The notes beneath the pieces were generated by a model that worked only from the letters and a program-made list of their open reading frames with translations, did no database searches and was not told the origin of the DNA. A stretch of 61,952 bases of DNA, the filler included, from Clostridiaceae bacterium (lineage in GTDB: Bacteria > Bacillota > Clostridia > CAYPLH01 > DUMO01): assembly GCA_012839865.1 (NCBI GenBank). It is 4 parts of 4 records of this genome, joined end to end, with 100 filler letters (N's around TTAATTAATTAA, not from the genome) between each part and the next. Parts side by side here need not be neighbours in the genome. Positions count along the whole stretch, not along the records: positions 38,050 to 61,952 come from DUMO01000006.1; 3 more parts are not named here. One strand, 5' to 3'. The position numbers and the translations under genes were made by a program. Below, piece by piece: positions 41,672 to 51,690 of this stretch (position 1 is the stretch's first letter; each line of letters starts with the position of its first letter).

Positions 41672-42736
41672 ATGCAGACTGAATACAATGAAAAAAGTCA
41701 GAGTTCCACAGAAATTAACGATAACCAAGCTGCACCGAAAGAGACCTTTAAGGTAATTTCCCCTGGAAGGATGGTAGCTAAACGTTTTTTTAAAAGCAAA
41801 CTGTCAATTGCCGGTTTGATAATGATTGTTTTCGTATTTTTGTTTTCTTTCGCCGGACCTTTAATTATTAATGCAACCTGGGGTTATAAGGAGCTTCAGG
41901 TATTCAGGATAGAGCGTATTTCAGACATGGTAACTACTGCCGATTTCGTTGGACCGGACGGCAGAACATATACATATTTTGACAAATCAAAGACGATTGT
42001 ACATTTTAAAGCGCCACCTTCCAAAGAACACTGGCTTGGTACCGACACATCAGGTTTTGATATATTTACACGACTTATGTACGGAGGCCGTATTTCATTG
42101 TTAATTTCCTTTATAGTTATTTTTTTGGAAACAATTATAGGTGTTATACTTGGAGGACTGGCTGGATATTTTGGAAAATGGGTTGACCAGTTGATTATGA
42201 GGATTGTGGATATTTTTGCCTGCCTTCCCGGTCTTCCGATTCTGTTGATACTTTCGGCGACAATATCTTCAATTGAGGCCATACCGGCTGAACACAGGAT
42301 TTATTATCTTATGGCGTTTTTGACATTGATGGGCTGGACCGGAGCTGCCCGCATTATCAGGGGACAGATACTAATGCTGAGAGAGCAGGAATTTATGATG
42401 GCAGCTACAACCACCGGCATTAAAACTATACATAAAATATTCAAACATCTTGTTCCCAATGCGATACCTCAATTGATTGTCAGTGCAACTCTGGGTCTTG
42501 GTGGAATAATAATTTACGAGTCCACTCTTTCTTATCTGGGACTAGGAGTTCCCTTCCCGAGAGCAGCATGGGGTTCAATGATTGCGCTGGCCGATCCTTC
42601 AAAGGGGCAGGAGATTCTTGCCAACTACCCGAATATGTGGGTTCCTGCGGGTGTACTTATTGTAATTACTGTTTTAGGATTCAGCTTTATCGGTGACGGT
42701 CTCAGAGACGCATTTGATCCCAGGATGAAAAGGTAG
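41672..42736 (+). CDS. oppC: OppC-like ABC permease
   Basis: HWLGTDTSGFDIFTRLMYGGRISL, REQEFM.AA, GDGLRDAFDPR. Confidence 0.92.
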   Translation: MQTEYNEKSQSSTEINDNQAAPKETFKVISPGRMVAKRFFKSKLSIAGLIMIVFVFLFSFAGPLIINATWGYKELQVFRIERISDMVTTADFVGPDGRTYTYFDKSKTIVHFKAPPSKEHWLGTDTSGFDIFTRLMYGGRISLLISFIVIFLETIIGVILGGLAGYFGKWVDQLIMRIVDIFACLPGLPILLILSATISSIEAIPAEHRIYYLMAFLTLMGWTGAARIIRGQILMLREQEFMMAATTTGIKTIHKIFKHLVPNAIPQLIVSATLGLGGIIIYESTLSYLGLGVPFPRAAWGSMIALADPSKGQEILANYPNMWVPAGVLIVITVLGFSFIGDGLRDAFDPRMKR

Positions 42737-42744
42737 GTAAGACA

Positions 42745-43944
42745 ATGAACATATTGAACGGTTTTAAACAAAATAAAGTAGAGAGTATTGACGATACACA
42801 TTATATGACCCTGCGTGAGGAAATCCGGATTAGCAAGGAGAATAACAGGATCATAAGGGAATTTGAGAGGAAAAAGAGAAGAAGAAATGTTCCCGAGTCG
42901 GAATATCTCACAGAGATGAGGGATCCATCCAATGTTGTTGAATTTGATAATTTGCATACGTATTTTTTCACCGAAGTGGGAACTGTAAAAGCAGTCAACG
43001 GAGTATCCTTTGACATACCCCAGGGAAAAACGGTGGGTGTAGTAGGTGAGTCGGGATGCGGCAAGTCAGTTACAAGTCTTTCCCTCATGCAGCTTGTTCA
43101 GGCTCCACAGGGACAGATTGTAAGCGGTCAAATACGTTACCAGGCAAGTGACGGCAAATGTTACGATGTAACAAAAATGCCACTGGATGTAATGAACAAA
43201 ATCCGTGGCAAGGATATTTCCATGATATTTCAGGAACCGATGACCAGCCTTAATCCTGTTTTCAAGATTGGAGAACAAATGGATGAGGTTATTCTGCTGC
43301 ACGAAAAGGGAACAACTGCTGAACAGGCAAGGGCAAAATCAAAGGAGTTGTTGCATAGTGTCGGAATTGCCATGGTGGATAAAGTATATTCAAGCTATCC
43401 CCATGAATTGTCCGGCGGTATGCGCCAGCGTGTAATGATTGCAATGGCTCTTTCCTGCAATCCCAGGCTTATTATTGCAGACGAACCGACTACTGCCCTT
43501 GACGTTACCATTCAAGCCCAGATACTTGATCTGTTAAGAGATTTAAAGGAAAAAATGAATGGAAGCATAATGCTGATTACCCACGACCTTGGTGTTATTG
43601 CAGAGATGGCGGACTATGTGGTTGTCATGTATGCAGGAAGAATTATTGAAAAGGGTACTGCCAGGGAGATATTCCATAACCCCAGGCATCCGTATACCGT
43701 AGGTCTCATGATGTCGAGACCGAGCAATAAAACTAAAGGCAATCGCCTTTTCAGCATCAAAGGGCAGGTTCCAAGCCCAATCAACATGCCTGATTATTGT
43801 TATTTTTACAACAGGTGTGACAAGTGCATGGATATATGCGCGAAAAAGTATCCTGAAATGATACAATTTTCAGAGACACACTTTACAGCTTGCCATTTGT
43901 ATAATGAAAGCAAAATACATGATGTAGAGAATTCAAAGGAGTAA
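42745..43944 (+). CDS. oppD: OppD-like ATP-binding protein with N-terminal extension
   Basis: [48 protein letters not shown]. Confidence 0.93.
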   Translation: MNILNGFKQNKVESIDDTHYMTLREEIRISKENNRIIREFERKKRRRNVPESEYLTEMRDPSNVVEFDNLHTYFFTEVGTVKAVNGVSFDIPQGKTVGVVGESGCGKSVTSLSLMQLVQAPQGQIVSGQIRYQASDGKCYDVTKMPLDVMNKIRGKDISMIFQEPMTSLNPVFKIGEQMDEVILLHEKGTTAEQARAKSKELLHSVGIAMVDKVYSSYPHELSGGMRQRVMIAMALSCNPRLIIADEPTTALDVTIQAQILDLLRDLKEKMNGSIMLITHDLGVIAEMADYVVVMYAGRIIEKGTAREIFHNPRHPYTVGLMMSRPSNKTKGNRLFSIKGQVPSPINMPDYCYFYNRCDKCMDICAKKYPEMIQFSETHFTACHLYNESKIHDVENSKE

Positions 43945-43956
43945 AGGTAAACCGCC

Positions 43957-44958
43957 ATGGAAATTGACAGAACCAATACAAATAATAATGATGATATTTT
44001 AGTAGTGAGAAACTTGAAAAAGTACTATCCCTTGTCAAGGTTTTCCCTTTCCAAGGAAAAGGCTTTTGTTAAAGCAGTTGATGATGTTTCCTTTACTATA
44101 AAAAGAGGGACAACCATGGGACTGGTGGGAGAGTCAGGCTGCGGAAAAACAACTGTAGGGCGAACAATTTTGAGGCTTCACGAAGTTACGGGAGGCCAGG
44201 TGCTGTTTGACGGCAAGGACCTTGCAACATTGCCGTCTGGAGCTTTAAGAAAACTTCGGCCTCAGATGCAGATGATTTTTCAGGATCCTTATTCAAGCCT
44301 GTCACCGAGACTTCCTATCGGCGAAATAATAGGGGAAGCAGTAAGAGAACACAAAATAGTACCCAAGGGGGAGTACCGGTCGCACATACTGAAGGTTATG
44401 AATGATTGCGGACTACCATCTCAATACTTTTACCGCTATCCACATGAATTTTCCGGCGGACAAAGGCAAAGAGTAAGTATAGCAAGAGCAGTTGCGCTGA
44501 AACCAAAGTTCATTATCTGCGATGAACCGGTCAGTGCCCTTGATGTTTCAATACAAGCCCAGATAATCAACCTTTTAATGGACCTGCAGGCTCAATTTGG
44601 TTATACATACCTGTTCATCTCCCATGACTTGTCGGTTGTGGAGCACATTTCAGATACAATTGGCGTTATGTATCTTGGAAGCCTGGTGGAATATGGCAGC
44701 AAGGAAAGTGTTTTTGCAAATCCGATGCATCCTTATTCCAAAGCCTTGCTATCGGCGGTACCGGTGCCTGATCCGGATCATAAGATGAACCGCATTATAC
44801 TTACAGGAGACCTCCCGAGCCCTATAAATCCGCCTTCCGGATGCAAATTCCGTACAAGGTGCTCAAGCTGCATGGATATTTGCTCCAAGAAGGTTCCGCA
44901 ATTAAGGGAAATTGAAAAAGGCCACCAGGTGGCATGCCACCTGTACAATAAGGTATAA
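43957..44958 (+). CDS. oppF: OppF-like ATP-binding protein
   Basis: [47 protein letters not shown]. Confidence 0.93.
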   Translation: MEIDRTNTNNNDDILVVRNLKKYYPLSRFSLSKEKAFVKAVDDVSFTIKRGTTMGLVGESGCGKTTVGRTILRLHEVTGGQVLFDGKDLATLPSGALRKLRPQMQMIFQDPYSSLSPRLPIGEIIGEAVREHKIVPKGEYRSHILKVMNDCGLPSQYFYRYPHEFSGGQRQRVSIARAVALKPKFIICDEPVSALDVSIQAQIINLLMDLQAQFGYTYLFISHDLSVVEHISDTIGVMYLGSLVEYGSKESVFANPMHPYSKALLSAVPVPDPDHKMNRIILTGDLPSPINPPSGCKFRTRCSSCMDICSKKVPQLREIEKGHQVACHLYNKV

Positions 44959-44981
44959 AAGCCGATAATATGGGGCATTCA

Positions 44982-45263
44982 ATGGTAGATATGAAAGAAA
45001 AGAAAAACTCCAATGGTGATTTTGATGACGGACGTGTCATTGCAAATATGGATATCGATGGCATACCGCCTTCAATTTTTAAGATTTTTGCCTTCGGTAG
45101 GCGCAAAAAAAAGAATGATGAAAAGGATGCTGTAAAGATTGCAAATGAAGAGAAACGTAGAATTGCAGCCGCAATAGCTTTCTCGTATATCCTTTTTGGC
45201 ATTGTCTTTTTTGGCATATTTGCGTTATTTATTTTGTTTTGCCTTAAGGTATGGTTTAAATAG
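44982..45263 (+). CDS. Small hypothetical membrane protein
   Basis: DDGRVIANMDIDG motif, basic stretch, C-terminal TM; start uncertain (44970/44982/44991). Confidence 0.75.
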   Translation: MVDMKEKKNSNGDFDDGRVIANMDIDGIPPSIFKIFAFGRRKKKNDEKDAVKIANEEKRRIAAAIAFSYILFGIVFFGIFALFILFCLKVWFK

Positions 45264-45471
45264 ATTAATTTATTCAGCGTTGAATAATAAAAAATTCAGG
45301 TAAATACTTTACCGGCTTTTATCAAAGGTTCTGCAAGCAGTAGTTAAAACGAAATAAAAAAACAGGCTTTTAAATTTTGACGATGGCTGGTACCCGAAAC
45401 CAAAGGGAAAAGGTTTGAAAAGCAGGAACTGTTTGATAAATTCAAGATGTCAAGGGGGAAATGAAACAACA

Positions 45472-46938
45472 ATGGTAAAGGCAAGGGAAAAGTCAGGGAT
45501 TCTATATCGTGGTATATTTATAATTATTTTATCCATTGGTATTATGCTGACTTCTGCGTGTTCCAGTGATGAATCAGGTATAGATCCAAAGGCCTGGCAT
45601 TATGACTGCCAGGTATTTTATAACGCGCTTGGTGGGGTTATAAACTCGCGGGAAATACGAGAGACATATTATATGAAAAATTCGTATCTGTATGAACCTG
45701 CAGGATCATCCAACATGCTTATTCAGCCCATCAAGGACGGGTATCTTCTTGCAGGTTGGTATACTGCAAAAGAGGATATCACAGATGGCAACGGAAATGT
45801 TATCGGGTATTCTTTTAAAGCAGAAGACAGATGGGATTTTGACGAAGACAGGGTACAGGGTGATATGACACTTTATGCAAGATGGATACAGCAGGGTAAA
45901 GTTGAATATATCGATAGCGCCAGCGGCGAGGTAATGTTTACAAAAAACATAACCGGCGACTCACCGATTCAGAAATTGTCCAGTGCAGCTGAGAAGCTTA
46001 TTGCAAAGGATAACTACACGTTTGCAGGGTATTATCAGGATAAGGAATGCACCATACCCTATGATTTTTCAATATATACTCATTCGGAGCTAATCCCGTC
46101 GGATGAAGAAATTTATGCCCAGCTTTTTGAGGAGTTTCCTGAATACTTTAAAAAGGTGCAATATGTCGAACCTGACGAAGACGAAATGGATAGCTTGAGA
46201 GACACATCAGATTTGTATTTATGGAGACTGGGTTATGAAATAACGACTAATGATCCTGAAGTCAGGAATCAAATCAGAAAACGCAAAGATGAGATAATCG
46301 AGAATGCCATCGTTCAATACGAGAAGAATACGGCAGACAAAGTTATTTATCTTAAATACATAGAAGGAAATTATATTCGCATATCCAGTCCTGAAAGCAT
46401 CAAAACAGCAGGAAAGTATGCATTTACGGAAACAGATGCGTCAGGGAAAACAGTAGACGGGTATATTCTGGAAAATGATATAGATTTCAAGGGTATTACT
46501 GTGGAGATGGCTGAAAAGTTCAGCGGCAAGATATATGGCAACGGTTATAAGTTAAAGAATATTGAAGTTAAACTGTTAAGCAAGAAACTTGATCAGGACA
46601 CAAGCAAGATTGGCGGTTTGTTTGCTTCCCTTGACAAAGCTTATATTGAAAATGTGGTATTTGAAAATCTTACAATAAGCGTTAGCGTTAGGGCAGGCAT
46701 ACCGGTTACCGTTGGCGCTTTGGCTGTCAATGCCAATGATACTACACTCAAAAATGTAAAATTTGACGGTCTTACAATAAATACAGGCACGGGTGACGAC
46801 GGCAATACGGAATACAAAATATTTGACCTGTTTGCAAACCAGAGAAATATTAAATTGGAAAACGTTAAGGGCAGCAATGTGACTATTAATGCTTCCGAGA
46901 CCGCGCAAGTGAAACTCCTGATCCCGACTGAAGACTGA
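45472..46938 (+). CDS. Lipoprotein with InlB B-repeat-like units and a beta-strand-rich C-terminal domain
   Basis: Lipobox LTSA-C; P.KDGYLLAGWY...WDF..D.V.GDMTLYARW; YILENDIDF, FSGKIYGNGYKLKN. Confidence 0.75.
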   Translation: MVKAREKSGILYRGIFIIILSIGIMLTSACSSDESGIDPKAWHYDCQVFYNALGGVINSREIRETYYMKNSYLYEPAGSSNMLIQPIKDGYLLAGWYTAKEDITDGNGNVIGYSFKAEDRWDFDEDRVQGDMTLYARWIQQGKVEYIDSASGEVMFTKNITGDSPIQKLSSAAEKLIAKDNYTFAGYYQDKECTIPYDFSIYTHSELIPSDEEIYAQLFEEFPEYFKKVQYVEPDEDEMDSLRDTSDLYLWRLGYEITTNDPEVRNQIRKRKDEIIENAIVQYEKNTADKVIYLKYIEGNYIRISSPESIKTAGKYAFTETDASGKTVDGYILENDIDFKGITVEMAEKFSGKIYGNGYKLKNIEVKLLSKKLDQDTSKIGGLFASLDKAYIENVVFENLTISVSVRAGIPVTVGALAVNANDTTLKNVKFDGLTINTGTGDDGNTEYKIFDLFANQRNIKLENVKGSNVTINASETAQVKLLIPTED

Positions 46939-47065
46939 TAGGTCTTGTTCTAAAAAGTAAAGCTGATAAGCTTCTAAAAATGGAGTTTGTCTCAGACAAG
47001 TATTTGAATGGTTTTTAACAATAAAGATGTTTGAAAAGCTTTTTCAAATAAAGACATAAAAGTAG

Positions 47066-47105
47066 AGACTGCACCGAAGGAAGAAACTTTTGGTGCAGTC
47101 TTTTC
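47066..47105. terminator. Terminator between convergent genes
   Basis: AGACTGCACC / GGTGCAGTCT stem then TTT. Confidence 0.7.
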
Positions 47106-47230
47106 GTTAACCTTTATGCCCGGACCATATTCAATTACTGCAAGCCTTATCAAACCAGGAAATACAGCCAATATGTTTAAATAGACCCTTTACCATTACA
47201 GGTGAAAGAGGGGGTATAGAACCAACTTTA

Positions 47231-49057
47231 TTATTTATCCTCAGATATTGACTCAGCAATTATCCGGATGTCTTCTTCAATACTGCCGGGTTCCGGCAAG
47301 GCAGGAGCACTCATTAATCCAATATCAGCATAAGAAGATTGATACGTCATAGTGTTCAAAGCGTGTATTTGCTTTGTGGTGCTGTCATATTCAAACACAT
47401 GCCATAAGGTTCCGGGCTCCTGTGGTACATAATATGTTGCAACCAGTCCGTCACTTATATAAACCTGTACGTAAGCACCTGAATTTGCCATAGCCATGGT
47501 GTCGGTTAAATTTCTGTTGGAGTAATCATGTACAAAAAACCTGTATATACCGTCTGTTTGTTTGTAAATGGTTGTTGTTTCCGGTCCGTAGCTTGTTACA
47601 TCGTCAACATCCAAATCTACATATGTTGTATAAATACCGTTTTCATCATAGTATCTATATTGTTTATTGCTCCAATAGACATGGAACCTATCCTCGGAAT
47701 CAACTCTGGGACCTGTCATATGGGAATCGAGATCCCAGGGATATTCACCCCATCTTAATATGACGCGAATTTGCCCTTCAGGCAATATAGGTGTCACGGT
47801 GCCGTTTTGATTGCCAATGGTTTTATTGCCAAGAACCTTGATGTTGAAGAAGCCGCTTTGATAGCGTACATAACCATCAGGCACGCTTCTTTCATCAATT
47901 ACCTCAACACAGTAGTTTCCAGCAGGCAGTGTTACGGAGTATGCACCATTAGAGCCTGTGTAGGTAGTTTCGATAATGTCACCATATGTGACATCATAAC
48001 CCCTTCTTACATTAAGAGTCAACCCGCTTTCCACTCCGGCTCCTGTCAATGCATTAATAACGGTTCCAGAAGCGGTGCCGGTACCGCTGAAATCATCTGA
48101 TATTACCTCAAGGGTTGCATTAGCTACAGTAACTTCCCCCTCATGTATAATTACATCCTGTATTATTTCCATATAACCGGCTTTTGTATATGTTACCCTG
48201 TATAAGCCTGGTGTCATATCTATTATGGAGTATGAACCATCTGCTGCGGTAACTGCTGTCCTATTTATCATTGCGGTTATGCCCAGCTTTGTCGCAGTAA
48301 CCTGAACACCTTCCAACGGCAGGTTATTGGTCATATCTGTATCGTCATCAGCGATTGTAACTTTGCCCCTTAACTCACTGTGGCTGTCAACTTCCATTAT
48401 TATATTCAGAGTCTTGCCGGTTGACGGTATATCAAGGTGCTCGTCTCTGTAAGTAACAAAGCCTTCCTTTGAAATAGTCACCGTGTATTCGCCTACGGCA
48501 AGATCTTCAAAGGAGAAGAAACCATTGGCATCAGTGTATGTCTGTCTTGTTTCTGAAGTGTTATTCTTTCTGACTGAAACTAGAGCTCCGGCTATTGGCA
48601 AGTTGTTTGAAGGATCCCGGTCTGCGTCAGCTTTTGCAACTTTACCCTGCAGCCTGGCTGTTTCATCCCCGCCTGAAGGAGTTGCTCCAATTATTATAAA
48701 TCTGTATGCACTGTTTATTTTTGGCACAATTTTTATTGTATAAGTCTCTCCCTGAGTGAGGTAAGCTTTAAGAACTTTCTGCGTAAGAGGGCTTTCCAGG
48801 ATGCTTTCTCCAATATAGTTTTTTGCAATCAGATTATTGTTGGAATCAAAAATCTCTATGAAAATATTGCCTTTAAACTGCATGGTATATTCATCACTAT
48901 ATGCCGGTACAAATAAAAAACTTCCAGTACCCTGGCTGCTTATCCATGTATCAGCCGGTATAATTTCTGCTCCAAAAGACAGGTTCGCATTAAACTGAAA
49001 AATAAGAATCAACGTTATGACCATGACCAATACTTTGGTAAACTTAATCTTTTTCAT
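47231..49057 (-). CDS. Secreted protein with carboxypeptidase-regulatory-like/Cna-B-like repeats and YfaP-like C-terminal domain
   Basis: Signal peptide; repeated TDANGFFSF..L..GEYTVTISKEGF units; IRVILRWGEYPWDLDSH, LDVDDVTSYGPETTTI. Confidence 0.75.
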   Translation of the reverse strand: MKKIKFTKVLVMVITLILIFQFNANLSFGAEIIPADTWISSQGTGSFLFVPAYSDEYTMQFKGNIFIEIFDSNNNLIAKNYIGESILESPLTQKVLKAYLTQGETYTIKIVPKINSAYRFIIIGATPSGGDETARLQGKVAKADADRDPSNNLPIAGALVSVRKNNTSETRQTYTDANGFFSFEDLAVGEYTVTISKEGFVTYRDEHLDIPSTGKTLNIIMEVDSHSELRGKVTIADDDTDMTNNLPLEGVQVTATKLGITAMINRTAVTAADGSYSIIDMTPGLYRVTYTKAGYMEIIQDVIIHEGEVTVANATLEVISDDFSGTGTASGTVINALTGAGVESGLTLNVRRGYDVTYGDIIETTYTGSNGAYSVTLPAGNYCVEVIDERSVPDGYVRYQSGFFNIKVLGNKTIGNQNGTVTPILPEGQIRVILRWGEYPWDLDSHMTGPRVDSEDRFHVYWSNKQYRYYDENGIYTTYVDLDVDDVTSYGPETTTIYKQTDGIYRFFVHDYSNRNLTDTMAMANSGAYVQVYISDGLVATYYVPQEPGTLWHVFEYDSTTKQIHALNTMTYQSSYADIGLMSAPALPEPGSIEEDIRIIAESISEDK

Positions 49058-49199
49058 GGCAATCCTCCATTCTGCCGCTGCTGTCAGCAGCGTATTTGGT
49101 AATAAGAAAATGACGAGCGGTCTTCACCACCTGGTAATGATTATAAAATTATGGTATGCTGCAAGTCATGATTAACAGAATGCCCGTTAAAATTTGTTG

Positions 49200-49844
49200 C
49201 TATTTGTTAAATTGTTTCCATTGGATAATGATGTCAAATTCCAGGGTCTTGTCTTCTATACCACTACCTGCATCATCGCTGACATAGAGGTCCAGATATG
49301 GCTCAACGCTTTTTCCTGTTTTGTTTGACGGATTACCTCCCATTACCAGGTATTCGCCGGGTTCAAGCCTTACACCGCTCAAGAGTTCATTTAGCTTATC
49401 CTCAAGCTGTGATAACGGAAAGTCAGTATACATAGCCAAAGATTCATTAAGGAGCCCGTCATTGGAGTCATACAGGGCAAAATTCAGCATGCTTACAAAC
49501 AATTCATTCTTAAGTTCCTCATTTCCCCTGAAATTAACCGTGACCCTGTCAAACAATGCTGGAATTGTACCTGTGTTTTCCATCTCTGAACAAATAGTCA
49601 GATACATTCCGGGATACATGTTACTGCATATTACAGTCAAAGTATCTTTATCCCTGGTAACCTGAAGGTCGCTGAAGGCATCATAGACCTCGACAGGAAA
49701 ATGACTTTCAACAAATTCAACCTCCAGTATTCCGGTGGAAACTGTTGTACCAATGCTTAGCTCATCTGCCCAGATGGCATATCCTATACCTGCCAGCACC
49801 AGGGATAGGATAACAACACCTGCAATTATTTTTGTTTTTTTCAT
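49200..49844 (-). CDS. TasA/CalY-like protein with SipW-type signal peptide (putative)
   Basis: MKKTK..hydrophobic..GIGYAIW.D.L.I...V.TG.L.V; NMYPG, NTGTIPA; ATG 49844 after GGAAGGTG. Confidence 0.6.
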   Translation of the reverse strand: MKKTKIIAGVVILSLVLAGIGYAIWADELSIGTTVSTGILEVEFVESHFPVEVYDAFSDLQVTRDKDTLTVICSNMYPGMYLTICSEMENTGTIPALFDRVTVNFRGNEELKNELFVSMLNFALYDSNDGLLNESLAMYTDFPLSQLEDKLNELLSGVRLEPGEYLVMGGNPSNKTGKSVEPYLDLYVSDDAGSGIEDKTLEFDIIIQWKQFNK

Positions 49845-50121
49845 AATTTCACCTTCCATTCCTATATTATGGTATTTATTAGAGGCTTGGAACCCCCTTG
49901 ACAATTATAAGTTGATAGGTTTAAAGCAATCAATTAGCTTTAATGACCCTTTTTATGCTACTTTTGTAGTAGATTACGCTACCTCCAAAGCTCTATGGTG
50001 GTTACAAAGCAGCATGCCCTTAAAATCCGGATTGAGAGGCGAAAAATACTTGAAAAATCGGAGTTGATTATATTTGAATTGCTTTTGCCAATATGGTATG
50101 ATATTATGTAATTTTCGAAAA

Positions 50122-51540
50122 ATGACTTCACAGGGAGCGAGTACTTTTATGGTTCCACGAAAACGGGATATAGATATGTGCAGTGGACCGCTTTTTAGCA
50201 ATATGCTGATATTTGCCTTGCCTATTATGGCTATGAATATTCTGCAGCTTTTGTTCAACGCTGCGGATATGGTGGTGGTAGGCCGCTTTTCAGGTAATCA
50301 TGCACTTGCCGCGGTAGGTGCAACAGGTTCACTTATTAACCTGATTGTTGGTCTGTTTATGGGATTATCAGTGGGCACAAGCGTAATAGTTGCACAGGAT
50401 GCAGGTGCAGACCGGCCGGATGAAGTGAGCAAATCTGTTCATACTTCTATAACTATCAGCGTAATAACCGGACTGGTTGTCATGGTGGTGGGAATTATTC
50501 TTTGTGAGCCCATCCTGGAATTAATGGGCACTCCGGAGGATGTAATAGATTTATCAGTATTATATATGAAAATATATTTTGTAGGCATACCTGCCAGCAT
50601 GGTGTATAACTTTGGTGCAGCAATCCTGCGGGCTGTAGGTGACAGTCGTCATCCGATGTATTACCTGATTATTACAGGCATAGTAAATGTTGTACTTAAT
50701 GTGTTTTTTATAGTTGTGTTTGATATGAGTGTGGCCGGTGTTGCATGGGCGACGGTAATTTCCCAGTGTCTGTCTGCGCTGCTCATATTGATTTGCCTGT
50801 CCAGGAGCCATGGAGCAATACACTTTTCTTTCCGGAAAATGGGGTTTAACAGCCGTAAACTCGCAAGCATTGTGAAGATTGGTTTGCCTGCAGGTCTTCA
50901 GAGCGCGCTGTTCTCAATTTCCAATGTTTTGATACAATCGGCAATCAACTCCTTTGGTTCAACCATGGTTGCAGCAAGTTCCGCCTCCAGCAATATTGAG
51001 GGCTTTGTAGGTACTGCAATGAATGCATATTATAATGCTGCTGTAACCTTTACAGGACAAAATGTAGGCGCGAAAAAATATGACCGGATTGATACCATTG
51101 CAAAGGTAAGCACAGTGCTGATTTTTACCACATGGATTATCATAAGCGGTGCCACTGTACTTTTTGGAAGATCATTGCTCGGTTTTTACACGACAGACCC
51201 AGCGGTTATCGACCTTGGAATGCAGCGTATGAAAATCATGATGGCAGCTTATTTCACCTGTGGTACTATGAATGTGTTCCCGGGCCTGACCCGTGGCATG
51301 GGCTATTCCGTACTTCCGATGCTATGCACACTTATTGGAGCGTGTGTTATGCGAATCGTCTGGCTGGCTACTTTTTTCGCCTGGTATCCAACGGTGACAA
51401 TGCTTTTCATATGCTACCCGATAACCTGGTCGCTGGCGGGTCTTGGACAGGTAGGCAGCTTTTTCTATGCCCGGCATCAAATTCGCAAACGTGAAATGAA
51501 TAATACTGAACTGAATAATGCTGTATCAGTTAAGATGTAG
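50122..51540 (+). CDS. MATE family transporter 1
   Basis: IDMCSGP, NAADMVVVG...ALAAVG, GAAILRAVGDSRHP, NVVLN; start may be 50149. Confidence 0.92.
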   Translation: MTSQGASTFMVPRKRDIDMCSGPLFSNMLIFALPIMAMNILQLLFNAADMVVVGRFSGNHALAAVGATGSLINLIVGLFMGLSVGTSVIVAQDAGADRPDEVSKSVHTSITISVITGLVVMVVGIILCEPILELMGTPEDVIDLSVLYMKIYFVGIPASMVYNFGAAILRAVGDSRHPMYYLIITGIVNVVLNVFFIVVFDMSVAGVAWATVISQCLSALLILICLSRSHGAIHFSFRKMGFNSRKLASIVKIGLPAGLQSALFSISNVLIQSAINSFGSTMVAASSASSNIEGFVGTAMNAYYNAAVTFTGQNVGAKKYDRIDTIAKVSTVLIFTTWIIISGATVLFGRSLLGFYTTDPAVIDLGMQRMKIMMAAYFTCGTMNVFPGLTRGMGYSVLPMLCTLIGACVMRIVWLATFFAWYPTVTMLFICYPITWSLAGLGQVGSFFYARHQIRKREMNNTELNNAVSVKM

Positions 51541-51690
51541 TTTATACGAATAATAATGAACCGGACACGGTAATCAGGGACGTGCAAAAGCATTACAAAC
51601 AAATACCGGGTCAACAAACTGCAACAGCATGGTAATTTTTTTATGAAGAAAATCACAACATATTTTGAAGGAACGCTGAAGGAGACATTT

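Noticed and set aside
44961..44968. GCCGATAA as an internal sigma-28 promoter
   Set aside because: No TAAA at the expected -35 spacing, and it lies too close to the start codon.
49900..50070. c-di-GMP riboswitch upstream of the TasA-like gene
   Set aside because: The minus strand shows no GEMM-type GAAA tetraloop/receptor or GCAAAG signature.
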